The translations under genes were made by a program, and so were the position numbers. A stretch of 64,000 bases of DNA from Candidatus Latescibacterota bacterium (GTDB lineage: Bacteria; Latescibacterota; UBA2968; UBA8231). Below are positions 1-8,255 of the stretch, one piece after another; the stretch's first letter is position 1; each line of letters starts with the position of its first letter. Under the pieces are notes generated by a model. The model was not told the DNA's origin. It worked only from the letters and a program-made list of their open reading frames with translations, and ran no database searches. Location of the stretch: contig OZ242214.1 in NCBI GenBank assembly GCA_965206595.1, forward strand, positions 4,800,001 to 4,864,000, written 5' to 3'.

Positions 1-336
1 GTTCGAGACCTCGCGCACATCCTCGAGTGGAACCCCGGGCGCCTGCTCCAGCTCGAAGAGCAGCAGGTCCGACAGCGACGACTGCGTGCCTTCGATCTGG
101 GAGGAAAGCACCGCTTCCTTGCGCACGTAGGCGTACAGAAACATCTCCTCGTCCGGCAGCAGCTTCGCGACGCCGTCGAGGCGGCCAAGCGCCAGTACTG
201 CGGACTCCAGTGCCTTCTGCAGCGAACCGTCCAGAACCACGGGCGGCTTCGGTGGCAGCGGCGCCGGGACAAAGGCGCTGACTCGCTCGCCACCGACGAA
301 CGTCACTGCATGGCTGCCGCTTTCTCCGCGCCGCAT
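1..336 (-). CDS. Fic family protein, N-terminal part (runs off the window edge)
   Basis: Manual translation of the minus strand from ATG at 336 gives MRRGESGSHAVTFVGGERVSAFVPAPLPP...ALGRLDG...FLYAYVRKEAVLSSQIEGTQSSLSDLL. The EAVLSSQIEGT motif is typical of the Fic/DOC N-terminal domain. Not in the ORF track. Confidence 0.88.
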   Translation of the reverse strand, partial: MRRGESGSHAVTFVGGERVSAFVPAPLPPKPPVVLDGSLQKALESAVLALGRLDGVAKLLPDEEMFLYAYVRKEAVLSSQIEGTQSSLSDLLLFELEQAPGVPLEDVREVSN

Positions 337-483
337 GATAGCAATCCTTATTCGCGATTGTGCAATAGCAGGATTTGCTAATTCACTTTCGGATCTAAAT
401 TACAATAGCTCACCTTCACCATCGCAAGGGGACGCAGAGTGTGTCCCGCGCTGCCCTCACCTTCGTGAAGGCCAGGATTTCCG

Positions 484-513
484 TCGGAGATAACCGATTC
501 GGAGATAACCGAT
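484..513. repeat. Perfect 15-bp tandem duplication (TCGGAGATAACCGAT x2)
   Basis: Read directly: 484-498 is identical to 499-513. It lies in the divergent intergenic region. Confidence 0.9.
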
Positions 514-611
514 GAAGTAGATTGGCGGGGTCCGGCGCTTGGGCCCCGAACCGCTGCTGGGCATCCCGGGCTGAGCCAAGTTCACAAAACCGCAATACAA
601 GGACCCCTCCC

Positions 612-1682
612 ATGAACCGAACCATCTCCAGCACCTCCCTGCGCCAGCTGATGCTCGACGTCTTCGGGCACCTCGGGGTGCCTCCGGAGGACGCGGCCAC
701 AGTGGCCGGCATCCTGTGCGAGGCGAGCCTGTCGGGCTACGACTCCCACGGGGTGGTGCGGGTGGCGATGTACGCCGGCGACCTGCGGCAGGGCCGGACC
801 CGGCCGAAGGCCGAGATGAAACTGCTGCGCGAGTCCGCGGGTTCGGCCCATCTCGACGCCGGCTTCGCCCTCGGCCCGCTCGCCTGCGTCAGGGCGTTCG
901 AGATCGCCGCGGAGAAGGCGCGTGCCTCCGGGTGCGGCTGCGTGACGATCCTCAACTGCACCGACGTCGCCCGTCTCGGCAGCTACGTCGGCGATCCGGC
1001 ACGGCAGGGGCTGATCGCCCTGATGATGGTCAACGACGCCGGCGGCAATCCCGCGGTGGCCCCTCTGGGAGGCTCGGCCCCGTTCTTGAGCACCAACCCG
1101 GTCGCCGCCGGCATCCCGTGGCAGCCGGGGAATCCGATTTTGATGGATTTCTCCACGAGCGTCGCCGCCGCCGGCAAGGTCAAGATGGCGGCGCGCTCCG
1201 GCGAGCCGACCCCGGAGGGATGGCTCATCGACGCCAGCGGTGAGCCGACCCGCGACCCGGCCGACTTCTCGATAGACGGCAGCAAGGGGGCGCTGCTGCC
1301 GCTCGGGGGGCCAGCCGCCGCTCACAAGGGGTTCGCCCTCAACCTGCTGGTCGACGTGCTCGCCGGCGTGCTCAGCGGCGCCGGGGCCAGCACCGGCCTG
1401 CAACCGCAGGAGGACCACAACGTCAACGGCGTGTTCGCGCTCGTAGTCGACCCCGACCACTTCGTGTCCCGCGGGGTTTTCGAGGGAGCGGTCGGCGAGC
1501 TGGCAGCCGGGCTCAAGGCCTCGCGCAAGGCCCCCGGGTTCGACGAAATCCTCGTGCCGGGAGAGCGCTCCCACGGCGAGCGCAGGCGGCGCGAGCGCGA
1601 GGGAATTCCCCTCGACCCGGAGACCAGCGCCGAGCTGGGGCGGCTGCTCAAGGAGCTGGGCCTGCCCGATAGTTACGACTGA
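612..1682 (+). CDS. Ldh_2 family (malate/L-lactate/ureidoglycolate-type) oxidoreductase
   Basis: Motifs GYDSHGV, STNPVAAGIP, DFSTS, HKGFAL and PGERS. ATG at 612 preferred over the upstream TTG. Confidence 0.9.
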   Translation: MNRTISSTSLRQLMLDVFGHLGVPPEDAATVAGILCEASLSGYDSHGVVRVAMYAGDLRQGRTRPKAEMKLLRESAGSAHLDAGFALGPLACVRAFEIAAEKARASGCGCVTILNCTDVARLGSYVGDPARQGLIALMMVNDAGGNPAVAPLGGSAPFLSTNPVAAGIPWQPGNPILMDFSTSVAAAGKVKMAARSGEPTPEGWLIDASGEPTRDPADFSIDGSKGALLPLGGPAAAHKGFALNLLVDVLAGVLSGAGASTGLQPQEDHNVNGVFALVVDPDHFVSRGVFEGAVGELAAGLKASRKAPGFDEILVPGERSHGERRRREREGIPLDPETSAELGRLLKELGLPDSYD

Positions 1683-1780
1683 CCCGGTGCCTCCGGGCAC
1701 CCGACCTCAAAAAGCGCAGCTGTTCCCGGTTTCCGAACTCCCGGGCGGCTCCGGCTGCGGCACTGCCATCAGGACCTGAC

Positions 1781-3022
1781 CTACACCTCCACCGCCCACT
1801 CGCCGCCCCGCATCACCGCCTCCCTGGTGCCGTCGGAAAGCACCCCGTCCATATCCATCTCCTCCGAGCCGATCATGAAGTCGACGTGCACGACGCTGCG
1901 GTTCCCGCCCGCCGCGGAGAACTCCTCCTCCGCCATGGCGGCGCCGTTCTCCAGGCAGACGTTGTACGCCTGCCCGAGGGCGACGTGGCTCGAGGCGTTC
2001 TCGTCGAACAGGGTGTTGTAGAACAGCCGCCCGAACTGCGAGACCGGCGAGCTGTGGGGAACCAGGGCGATCTCCCCCAGCCTCGCGGCGCCGTCGTCGG
2101 TCTCGACCAGGTTGCGCAGAATTTCCTCCCCCTGCGCCGCGGCCACCTCGACGATGCGGCCCTCCGCGAAGGTGACGGAGAAATCCTCGATCAGAGAGCC
2201 CCCATAGTTGAGCGGCTTCGTCGAGCGCACCCTGCCCTCGGTGCGGCGGCAATGGGGCATGGTGAACACCTCCTCGGTCGGGATGTTGGGAACGAAGAGG
2301 GTCCCGGCGTCGCTGCGGTCGATGCCGCCGCGCCAGACGTGCCCTTCCGGCAGCCCGACGGTCAGTTCGGTGCCGGGAGCGCGGTAGTGGAGTGAGGTGT
2401 AGGCCTTCTCCGTCAGCAGCTCGCGCCTCCTTTCGAGGTGGTCGATGTGCTCCTTCCAGGCGGCCGCGGGATCGCCGGCGTCGATGCGGCACATACGGAA
2501 GATCGCATCCCACAGCAGGCCGACCCGGTCGGCCGCGGGCGCCTCGGGAAAGACGCGCGCCGCCCACGGCGGCACCGCCGCGGAGATCACGCACCAGTTG
2601 ACCGCCATGCGGGTGATGTAGTCGAGCAGGGGCCGCGACTGCTCCGAGGCGATCCTGCGCGTCAGCGAAATCAACTCCGGATCCTGGCCCTTCAGAAGGT
2701 CGGGGTCGTCGCCCGATACGCGCAGGAAGGCGTCCCCTTCCCCGGCGCGCCCGGCCAGCCCCTCAACCTGCCAGGACGGGTACTCCTCGAACGAGTCGCG
2801 CGCGGCGTGCTCGAAGCGGATCAGCTCGAGCTGCTCGTCCCCGTAGAGGACGTCGACGTAGCGGCAGCCGAGGTCGTAGGCCGCGGCGGCGACGGCGCGG
2901 ACCAGCTCCGCGGCGTCGATCGGAGCGCGCACGATCAGCCGCTGATCCGGCTGCAGGTTGAGCCCGACCCGCACCGCCAGCTCGCCGTACTTCTTCAGGT
3001 TGCTCTCGAAATCGCCAGGCAT
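1781..3022 (-). CDS. Aminopeptidase, peptidase M29 (AmpS/AmpT) family
   Basis: Motifs PNIPTEEVFT, LGEIALVP, LFDENASSHVALG and HVDFMIGS. Confidence 0.95.
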   Translation of the reverse strand: MPGDFESNLKKYGELAVRVGLNLQPDQRLIVRAPIDAAELVRAVAAAAYDLGCRYVDVLYGDEQLELIRFEHAARDSFEEYPSWQVEGLAGRAGEGDAFLRVSGDDPDLLKGQDPELISLTRRIASEQSRPLLDYITRMAVNWCVISAAVPPWAARVFPEAPAADRVGLLWDAIFRMCRIDAGDPAAAWKEHIDHLERRRELLTEKAYTSLHYRAPGTELTVGLPEGHVWRGGIDRSDAGTLFVPNIPTEEVFTMPHCRRTEGRVRSTKPLNYGGSLIEDFSVTFAEGRIVEVAAAQGEEILRNLVETDDGAARLGEIALVPHSSPVSQFGRLFYNTLFDENASSHVALGQAYNVCLENGAAMAEEEFSAAGGNRSVVHVDFMIGSEEMDMDGVLSDGTREAVMRGGEWAVEV

Positions 3023-3369
3023 TCGGGACTTCCCTTTCAGATAACAGTCAGTCGATGGAGTTGCTTTTTCAGGCGAGGCCGCCAAGGCCGCCGAAGACAA
3101 GGGGCGCGGCCGGGTCTAAGCGCAGAAGATTCGGGGAGTGTCGCAACCTCGGCTGCTGGCCTCGGGACCGGTCGCAGTCCGTATGGCTTTTCACCGGAAC
3201 TTACAAGGTAATTGTTATGCAGCAGCTCTCATCGAGACGACCGCAGACGGCCGCGCTTCCCTTTCTCCAGCAGGTTGGATCTCCGTCCACCTGCCTCGCG
3301 GTTTGGCCCGCGCCTGCGGCGATCCTGTAAATCCTGCGCAGCCGTAAGCCAGCCATCGGAGGAGGAACC

Positions 3370-4110
3370 ATGACTTCAGACGGACGCACACTCGAAGGCA
3401 AGGTGGCCGTCATCACCGGGGCGGGGCGCGGCATCGGCCGAGCAATCGCCGCCGGGTACGCCGCCGCGGGGGCCGCGGTGGTCTGCGCCGCACGCACCCG
3501 CGCGCAGGTCGAGGAAACGGCCGCGGCCATCGCCGAATCCGGGGGCCGCGCGCTCGCCGCGGCCGCGGACGTCACCCGGGAGGAGGAGGCCGGCCGCCTG
3601 ATGCGCCGCGCGGCGGAGGCCTTCGGCGGCATCGACATCCTCGTCGCCAACGCCGGGACCACCGCCCACGGTCCGGTCGAAGGCAGCGACCCGGAGAAAT
3701 GGTGGCGCGTGCTCGAGGTCAACCTGCTCGGCGCCTACCTGTGCGCCCGCGCCGCCATCCCGCATCTGAAGGCGCGCGGATCCGGCAAGATCATCACCAT
3801 CGGATCCGGGATGGGACAGCGGGCCTACGCGGAGGCCTCGGCGTACGGCTGCTCCAAGGCCGGCCTGTCGATGCTGACCCGGGTGCTGGCCGCGGAGCTG
3901 TGGGAGCACGACATCAGCGTCAACGAGCTGATCCCCGGCCCCGTGATCACCGCCATGAACCCAGTCGGCCCTGGCAGTCCCTCGCGGTTCGGGGAGATCG
4001 AGTGGAACAAGAAACCGGAAGACGTCGTTCCTCTGGCTCTATTCCTGGCGACCCAGCCGGCGCGCGGACCGACGGGTCAGAAGTACAGTCTCACTAGGCG
4101 CGACCTTTAA
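3370..4110 (+). CDS. SDR family NAD(P)-dependent oxidoreductase
   Basis: TGAGRGIG, ANAG and YGCSK (YxxxK) motifs; GGAGG RBS upstream. Confidence 0.95.
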   Translation: MTSDGRTLEGKVAVITGAGRGIGRAIAAGYAAAGAAVVCAARTRAQVEETAAAIAESGGRALAAAADVTREEEAGRLMRRAAEAFGGIDILVANAGTTAHGPVEGSDPEKWWRVLEVNLLGAYLCARAAIPHLKARGSGKIITIGSGMGQRAYAEASAYGCSKAGLSMLTRVLAAELWEHDISVNELIPGPVITAMNPVGPGSPSRFGEIEWNKKPEDVVPLALFLATQPARGPTGQKYSLTRRDL

Positions 4111-4135
4111 GGGAGTTGCCGCCCCGGAGGATGCC

Positions 4136-4762
4136 TCAGCCCTGCTGTTCCAGGGAGCGTCTCAGATGTTCCAGGAGATCCTCGGCCGCTCCCGCCTCGC
4201 TGTCGGGGACGAGCTTCCGGTAGCGGGACAGGGCGTCGATGGCGAGCTCGAACTCCTCGTCGATCGCCAGCACCAGGCCGAGGTTGAAGTAGATGTTGCG
4301 GAATCCCGGCTCGATCTCGGCGGCGAGCTCGTAGTGCACCCGGGCAGGCCGGAACTCCTCGGTGTCGAAGTAGAGGTTGGCGAGGTTGTAGTGCGATTCC
4401 CAGTGCTGCTGGTCGTGTTTGAGGGCGTTGCGGAAGCAGTCGAAGGCCTGCTCGACACCACCCGCCTTCGATTCCATCACCCCGAGGTTGCAGTAGGCGT
4501 CGGGAACCGAGTCCCCTTCGGAAACCGCTTTCTCGTAGAGCCTGCGGGCCGCGGCCTCGTCGCCGCCGTCCTCGAGCGCCAGGGCCTCCTCGAACGGCCC
4601 GGGGCCGGCAGCGGCGGGAAACTCGATCAGCTTGCCGCCGCTGCGGCCGGCAAACAGGTCCAGCTGGCCCTTGTCCTCCCGGTCCCGCTTGCGAACCCGC
4701 TCATACCCGAACTTCGAGGGACTGCGCGCCTTCGCCGCGGGGAACTGAAGCAGCTTGCTCAT
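4136..4762 (-). CDS. TPR-repeat protein at the end of the ligD-ku operon
   Basis: TPR repeats AYCNLG, SHYNLA and IYFNLG; N-terminal QLDLF pentapeptide. Confidence 0.85.
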   Translation of the reverse strand: MSKLLQFPAAKARSPSKFGYERVRKRDREDKGQLDLFAGRSGGKLIEFPAAAGPGPFEEALALEDGGDEAAARRLYEKAVSEGDSVPDAYCNLGVMESKAGGVEQAFDCFRNALKHDQQHWESHYNLANLYFDTEEFRPARVHYELAAEIEPGFRNIYFNLGLVLAIDEEFELAIDALSRYRKLVPDSEAGAAEDLLEHLRRSLEQQG

Positions 4763-4805
4763 GCCCCGGTCCGCTCGCGGGCCGCCGAGAAAGGGAACCG
4801 TCGGG

Positions 4806-5699
4806 TCATGCGACCTTCCTCGCCTCGGCAGCCGGCTTCTTCGCCGCCTTCTTCGTGGCCGGCGCCTCCCTCTTTTCCTTGGCCTCCGCCTTCTCCCCTT
4901 CTGCCCGCTCCATCGGCTTCTTCACGGTTTTCGCCTGCTCGATGCTCTCCTTGAGGGCGGACATGATGTCGACCACCGGCTTCACCTCCTCGGCGACGGC
5001 GACGATCTCCTGGCCCTCCACCTTGGCGTCGATCAGCTCCTTCACCGCCTCGCGGTAGGAGTCCTTCATCCCGATGTCGGCGAACGAGGTCGTCATCGAG
5101 TCGACGAGGCTCTGCGCCAGCTTCAGCTCCTCGGCGGCGACCTCGACCTGCTCGGTGTCGGGGACGTCGCCGATGCTGCGCAGGAACTCCGGGTAGCGGA
5201 CCTTGTAGATGACGAGCCCGCCCTCCTGCTGGCCGATCAGCACCATGTCCTCGCGGTCGCGCATCACCACCTTGCCGACGCCGACCTTGCCGCTGGCCTC
5301 CAGGGCCCCCGCCAGCAGGCCGTACACCTTCTTGGCGACTTCGCCGTCGGGCCCGGCGTAGTAGGGGGTTTCGTAGAGCATCTGGTCGACCTCTTCGGCG
5401 TCGACGAACCCCTCGATCTCGATGATGCGGGTGCTGGCGAGCTTGATCTTCTGCAGGTCCTCATCCTCGATGATGACGTACTCGTCCGGGGCGTACTCGT
5501 ACCCCTTGACGATGTCGTGGTTGCTCAGGGCCTCGCCGCAGCTCTTGCACTTCTTGTCGTAGCCGACGCGGCCGTTGTCTTCCTTGTGCAGCTGGTTGAA
5601 GCGGATGGTCGATCCGGAGTCGACGGCGTTGTACAGCCGCACCGGGATCGTCACCATCGAGAACCTGATGTGCCCCTTCCACAGGGATCGCATGTTCAT
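4806..5699 (-). CDS. ku: Non-homologous end joining protein Ku
   Basis: RSLWKGHIRFSMVTIPVRLY, FNQLH, IVKGYEY and VVDIMSALKES motifs plus a Lys/Ala-rich tail. Confidence 0.96.
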   Translation of the reverse strand: MNMRSLWKGHIRFSMVTIPVRLYNAVDSGSTIRFNQLHKEDNGRVGYDKKCKSCGEALSNHDIVKGYEYAPDEYVIIEDEDLQKIKLASTRIIEIEGFVDAEEVDQMLYETPYYAGPDGEVAKKVYGLLAGALEASGKVGVGKVVMRDREDMVLIGQQEGGLVIYKVRYPEFLRSIGDVPDTEQVEVAAEELKLAQSLVDSMTTSFADIGMKDSYREAVKELIDAKVEGQEIVAVAEEVKPVVDIMSALKESIEQAKTVKKPMERAEGEKAEAKEKREAPATKKAAKKPAAEARKVA

Positions 5700-5739
5700 T
5701 TTCACCTCCTGTCGCTTGCGGGCGCGCGCTGGCGCCACG

Positions 5740-8076
5740 CTACTGTTCCGGTTCCATGTCGGGGCGCAGGCGAACGAAAGCAGGTTCGCGCAGCGTTCCC
5801 ACGGGGGTCATCGACGCGTACTCCACCTCGCAGTACAGCCGAGGCTCGATCCAGGTGGTCTGCGCGTCGTCGGGCGGTTTCACGGGAATCGGCCGCTCGA
5901 CCTCGGGAAAGCGGCGAAGTTCCTTCATCACCGAGGTCATGGTCCGGGCGTTGAAACCGGTGCCGACCTTGCCGAGATAGTCGAGGCCGGGGCCGTTGCC
6001 CGCGGCCGCCAGGTGCAGGGCTCCGAACTGGCTCTTGCGGTCCCCCTTGCCCGCGGTGTAGCCGACCACCAGGCACTCCATGGTCTGCCGCACCTTGATC
6101 TTCAGCCACCTGTCGGAGCGTTTTCCCGGAAGATACGGGGCCTCCCGCAGCTTCGCCACGATCCCCTCCAGCCCGGCCTGTCTCGTCGCTTCGAACAGGG
6201 CGTGCCCGTCGGCGACCACCTCGCTGACCCGGTACGGGGACTCCGGCTTCAGGGCGCTCTCCAGCCACTCCCGGCGCCGGCTCAGGGGCTCGTTGACGAC
6301 CGGCCGCCCGTCGAGGTAGAGGCAGTCGAAGAGGTAGCAGTGGGCGGGGTGGCGCTGCCGCGCCTTCTCGATGCCGCGCTCGCCGCGCGCGTGCAGGCGG
6401 CCCACCGCGTCGGTGAAGACCGGCCGGCCCTCGTCGTTCAGGCAGACGATCTCCCCGTCGAACAGGGCCGACGAGGCGCGGAAGGCCTCCTCGGGCAGCC
6501 GCAGCTCCGGGAAGTGTTCGGTTACGTCCCGGCGGCTGCGGGTGCGGATGCGCACCTCCCCCTCGTCGAGGGCGATCGAGGCGCGGATGCCGTCCCACTT
6601 GAGCTCGTACAGGTAGTCGCCGCGGTCCGGCACTTCTTCGCGGTTCTCGGCCAGCATCGGCTCGACGAACTCCTCCAGCCAGTCGACCTGCGGGTTGTCG
6701 AGGCGCTCGAGCAGCCAGTCCTTGCCGCGGGTGTTGATCAGCCGGAACTCGGCGCTCAGCTGGCGGCTCTGCAGGCGGAAGTAGAAGCTGTCCTTCTTGT
6801 CGTTGGTGACCTCGTAGCGGCCGAGGGCGTAGACCCACATCGGGCCGGCGCCGTACTCCCCCTTGGGGATGCGCCCCTCGAAGGTGAGGTACTCGAGCGG
6901 GTGGTCCTCGACCTGGACCGCCAGCCTCTTGATGCCCGGCCGCGGCGGCAGCCCCTTCGGCACCGCCCAGGACCTGAGCACCCCGTCCCGCTCGAGGCGC
7001 AGGTCGTAGTGCAGGCGGGAAGCGTGGTGGCGGTGGACGACGAAGGCGTTGCCGTCCCCTGCCTCGACATCCGGGGCCGGCTCCGGCGTCTTTTCGAAGC
7101 TGCGCCTGCCGGCGTAGGACTCGAGCTGGTCCGGGGTCTTGTGGGTTCTCGACCGGGCGGGGGCCCGCTTCTTCTTCGCCGCCTTGCGGTCGGTGTGCAG
7201 GCGCACGGCGTACGCCCCCATCCCTTCCCACGGGTCCCCTTCGCTCAGCACCTTGTCGGCCGCGGTGTGCAGGTTGTACTCGACGGGATCGCTCAGCTGC
7301 TCGAGCTCCTCCCATGCCAGCGGCATCGACACCGGGGCGGCGGCGGAACCGCGCACGCTGTAGGCGGCGACGATGGTCTGCGCCGTGCGGTTGCGGAACA
7401 CGTCGACGAGGACCTTGCCCTGGCGCGCCTCCTTCTTGATGTGCAGGGTCGTCGTCGCGGCGTGGGCGCGGACGAACGGCTGGAACATCCCTTTGGCCGC
7501 GGCGAACACCGTCTCGAAATCCCACTTCGGCTCGATCGGCGCCACCACGTGAATCCCCTTGCGGCCCGTGGTTTTCGCGAACGGGTGGTAGCCGTGCGAC
7601 TCGAGGTGCTCCCTGACCTCGAAGGCGAGCTCGACGACGTCGGGGAACGGGTACCCTTCCGGGGGATCGAGGTCGACGACGAAGTAGTCGGGCTTGTCGA
7701 AGTGGGGCCGCCGCGAGTGCAGGTGGTGGACCTCGATGCAGGCGTGGTTGGCGATCCAGACCATCGAGGCCTCGTCGGAAGCGAGCACGTAGTCGAGGGA
7801 GTCCCCCGCTTCGCCGATCACCTCGTGATCGAGCCACGCCGGCGCCCACCTGGGGCGGTTCTTCTGGAAGAAGCTCTCGCCGTCGATGCCGTCCGGGAAG
7901 CGCACGAACGACAGCGGCCGCCCCCTGAGATGGGCGAGGATGGTCGGGGCGATCTTGAGGTAGTACTCGATCAGCTCCGCCTTGACGATGCCGTCGTTGG
8001 GCCACAGCACCTTGTCGAGGTTGGTTATCTCGAGCTTGTGTTTTCCGACCTGGGTCAGCTGTGCTTTTCTCGGCAT
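5740..8076 (-). CDS. ligD: NHEJ DNA ligase D (primase-polymerase, phosphoesterase, ATP-dependent ligase)
   Basis: POL motifs (TNLDKVLWP, RFPDGI, DLDPP, KTTGRKGIH), PE motifs (HHASRLHYDLRLE, SWAVPKG, EDHPLEY) and LIG motifs (ELKWDG, EGIVAK, WLKIK). Confidence 0.96.
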   Translation of the reverse strand: MPRKAQLTQVGKHKLEITNLDKVLWPNDGIVKAELIEYYLKIAPTILAHLRGRPLSFVRFPDGIDGESFFQKNRPRWAPAWLDHEVIGEAGDSLDYVLASDEASMVWIANHACIEVHHLHSRRPHFDKPDYFVVDLDPPEGYPFPDVVELAFEVREHLESHGYHPFAKTTGRKGIHVVAPIEPKWDFETVFAAAKGMFQPFVRAHAATTTLHIKKEARQGKVLVDVFRNRTAQTIVAAYSVRGSAAAPVSMPLAWEELEQLSDPVEYNLHTAADKVLSEGDPWEGMGAYAVRLHTDRKAAKKKRAPARSRTHKTPDQLESYAGRRSFEKTPEPAPDVEAGDGNAFVVHRHHASRLHYDLRLERDGVLRSWAVPKGLPPRPGIKRLAVQVEDHPLEYLTFEGRIPKGEYGAGPMWVYALGRYEVTNDKKDSFYFRLQSRQLSAEFRLINTRGKDWLLERLDNPQVDWLEEFVEPMLAENREEVPDRGDYLYELKWDGIRASIALDEGEVRIRTRSRRDVTEHFPELRLPEEAFRASSALFDGEIVCLNDEGRPVFTDAVGRLHARGERGIEKARQRHPAHCYLFDCLYLDGRPVVNEPLSRRREWLESALKPESPYRVSEVVADGHALFEATRQAGLEGIVAKLREAPYLPGKRSDRWLKIKVRQTMECLVVGYTAGKGDRKSQFGALHLAAAGNGPGLDYLGKVGTGFNARTMTSVMKELRRFPEVERPIPVKPPDDAQTTWIEPRLYCEVEYASMTPVGTLREPAFVRLRPDMEPEQ

Positions 8077-8226
8077 CGGCGGCGGTTCGGTTCCGGGGCG
8101 CTGGATTGGAGCGGTAACTGGTTCAGGGACATAAAGATAATACGGGGAACGGGGTTTCAGTTAATGCCCTTCGAACATCCAATCTGATATGCAAATCGAG
8201 GTTTTCCTTGCTGTTGCATGCTGCAT

Positions 8227-8255
8227 ATGATGTCTTAGCAGTCATATGACATCAT
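8227..8255. promoter_or_regulatory. Inverted repeat overlapping the drmD start (possible operator)
   Basis: ATGATGTC (8227-8234) pairs with GACATCAT (8248-8255). A perfect palindrome GTCATATGAC lies at 8241-8250. AT-rich divergent region. Confidence 0.3.

Noticed and set aside
5575-8187. Long antisense or alternate-frame ORFs (870 aa here; also 26723-29068, 42127-44343, 57120-59354 and others)
   Set aside because: Shadow ORFs of high-GC genes; they have no motifs and overlap well-supported genes.
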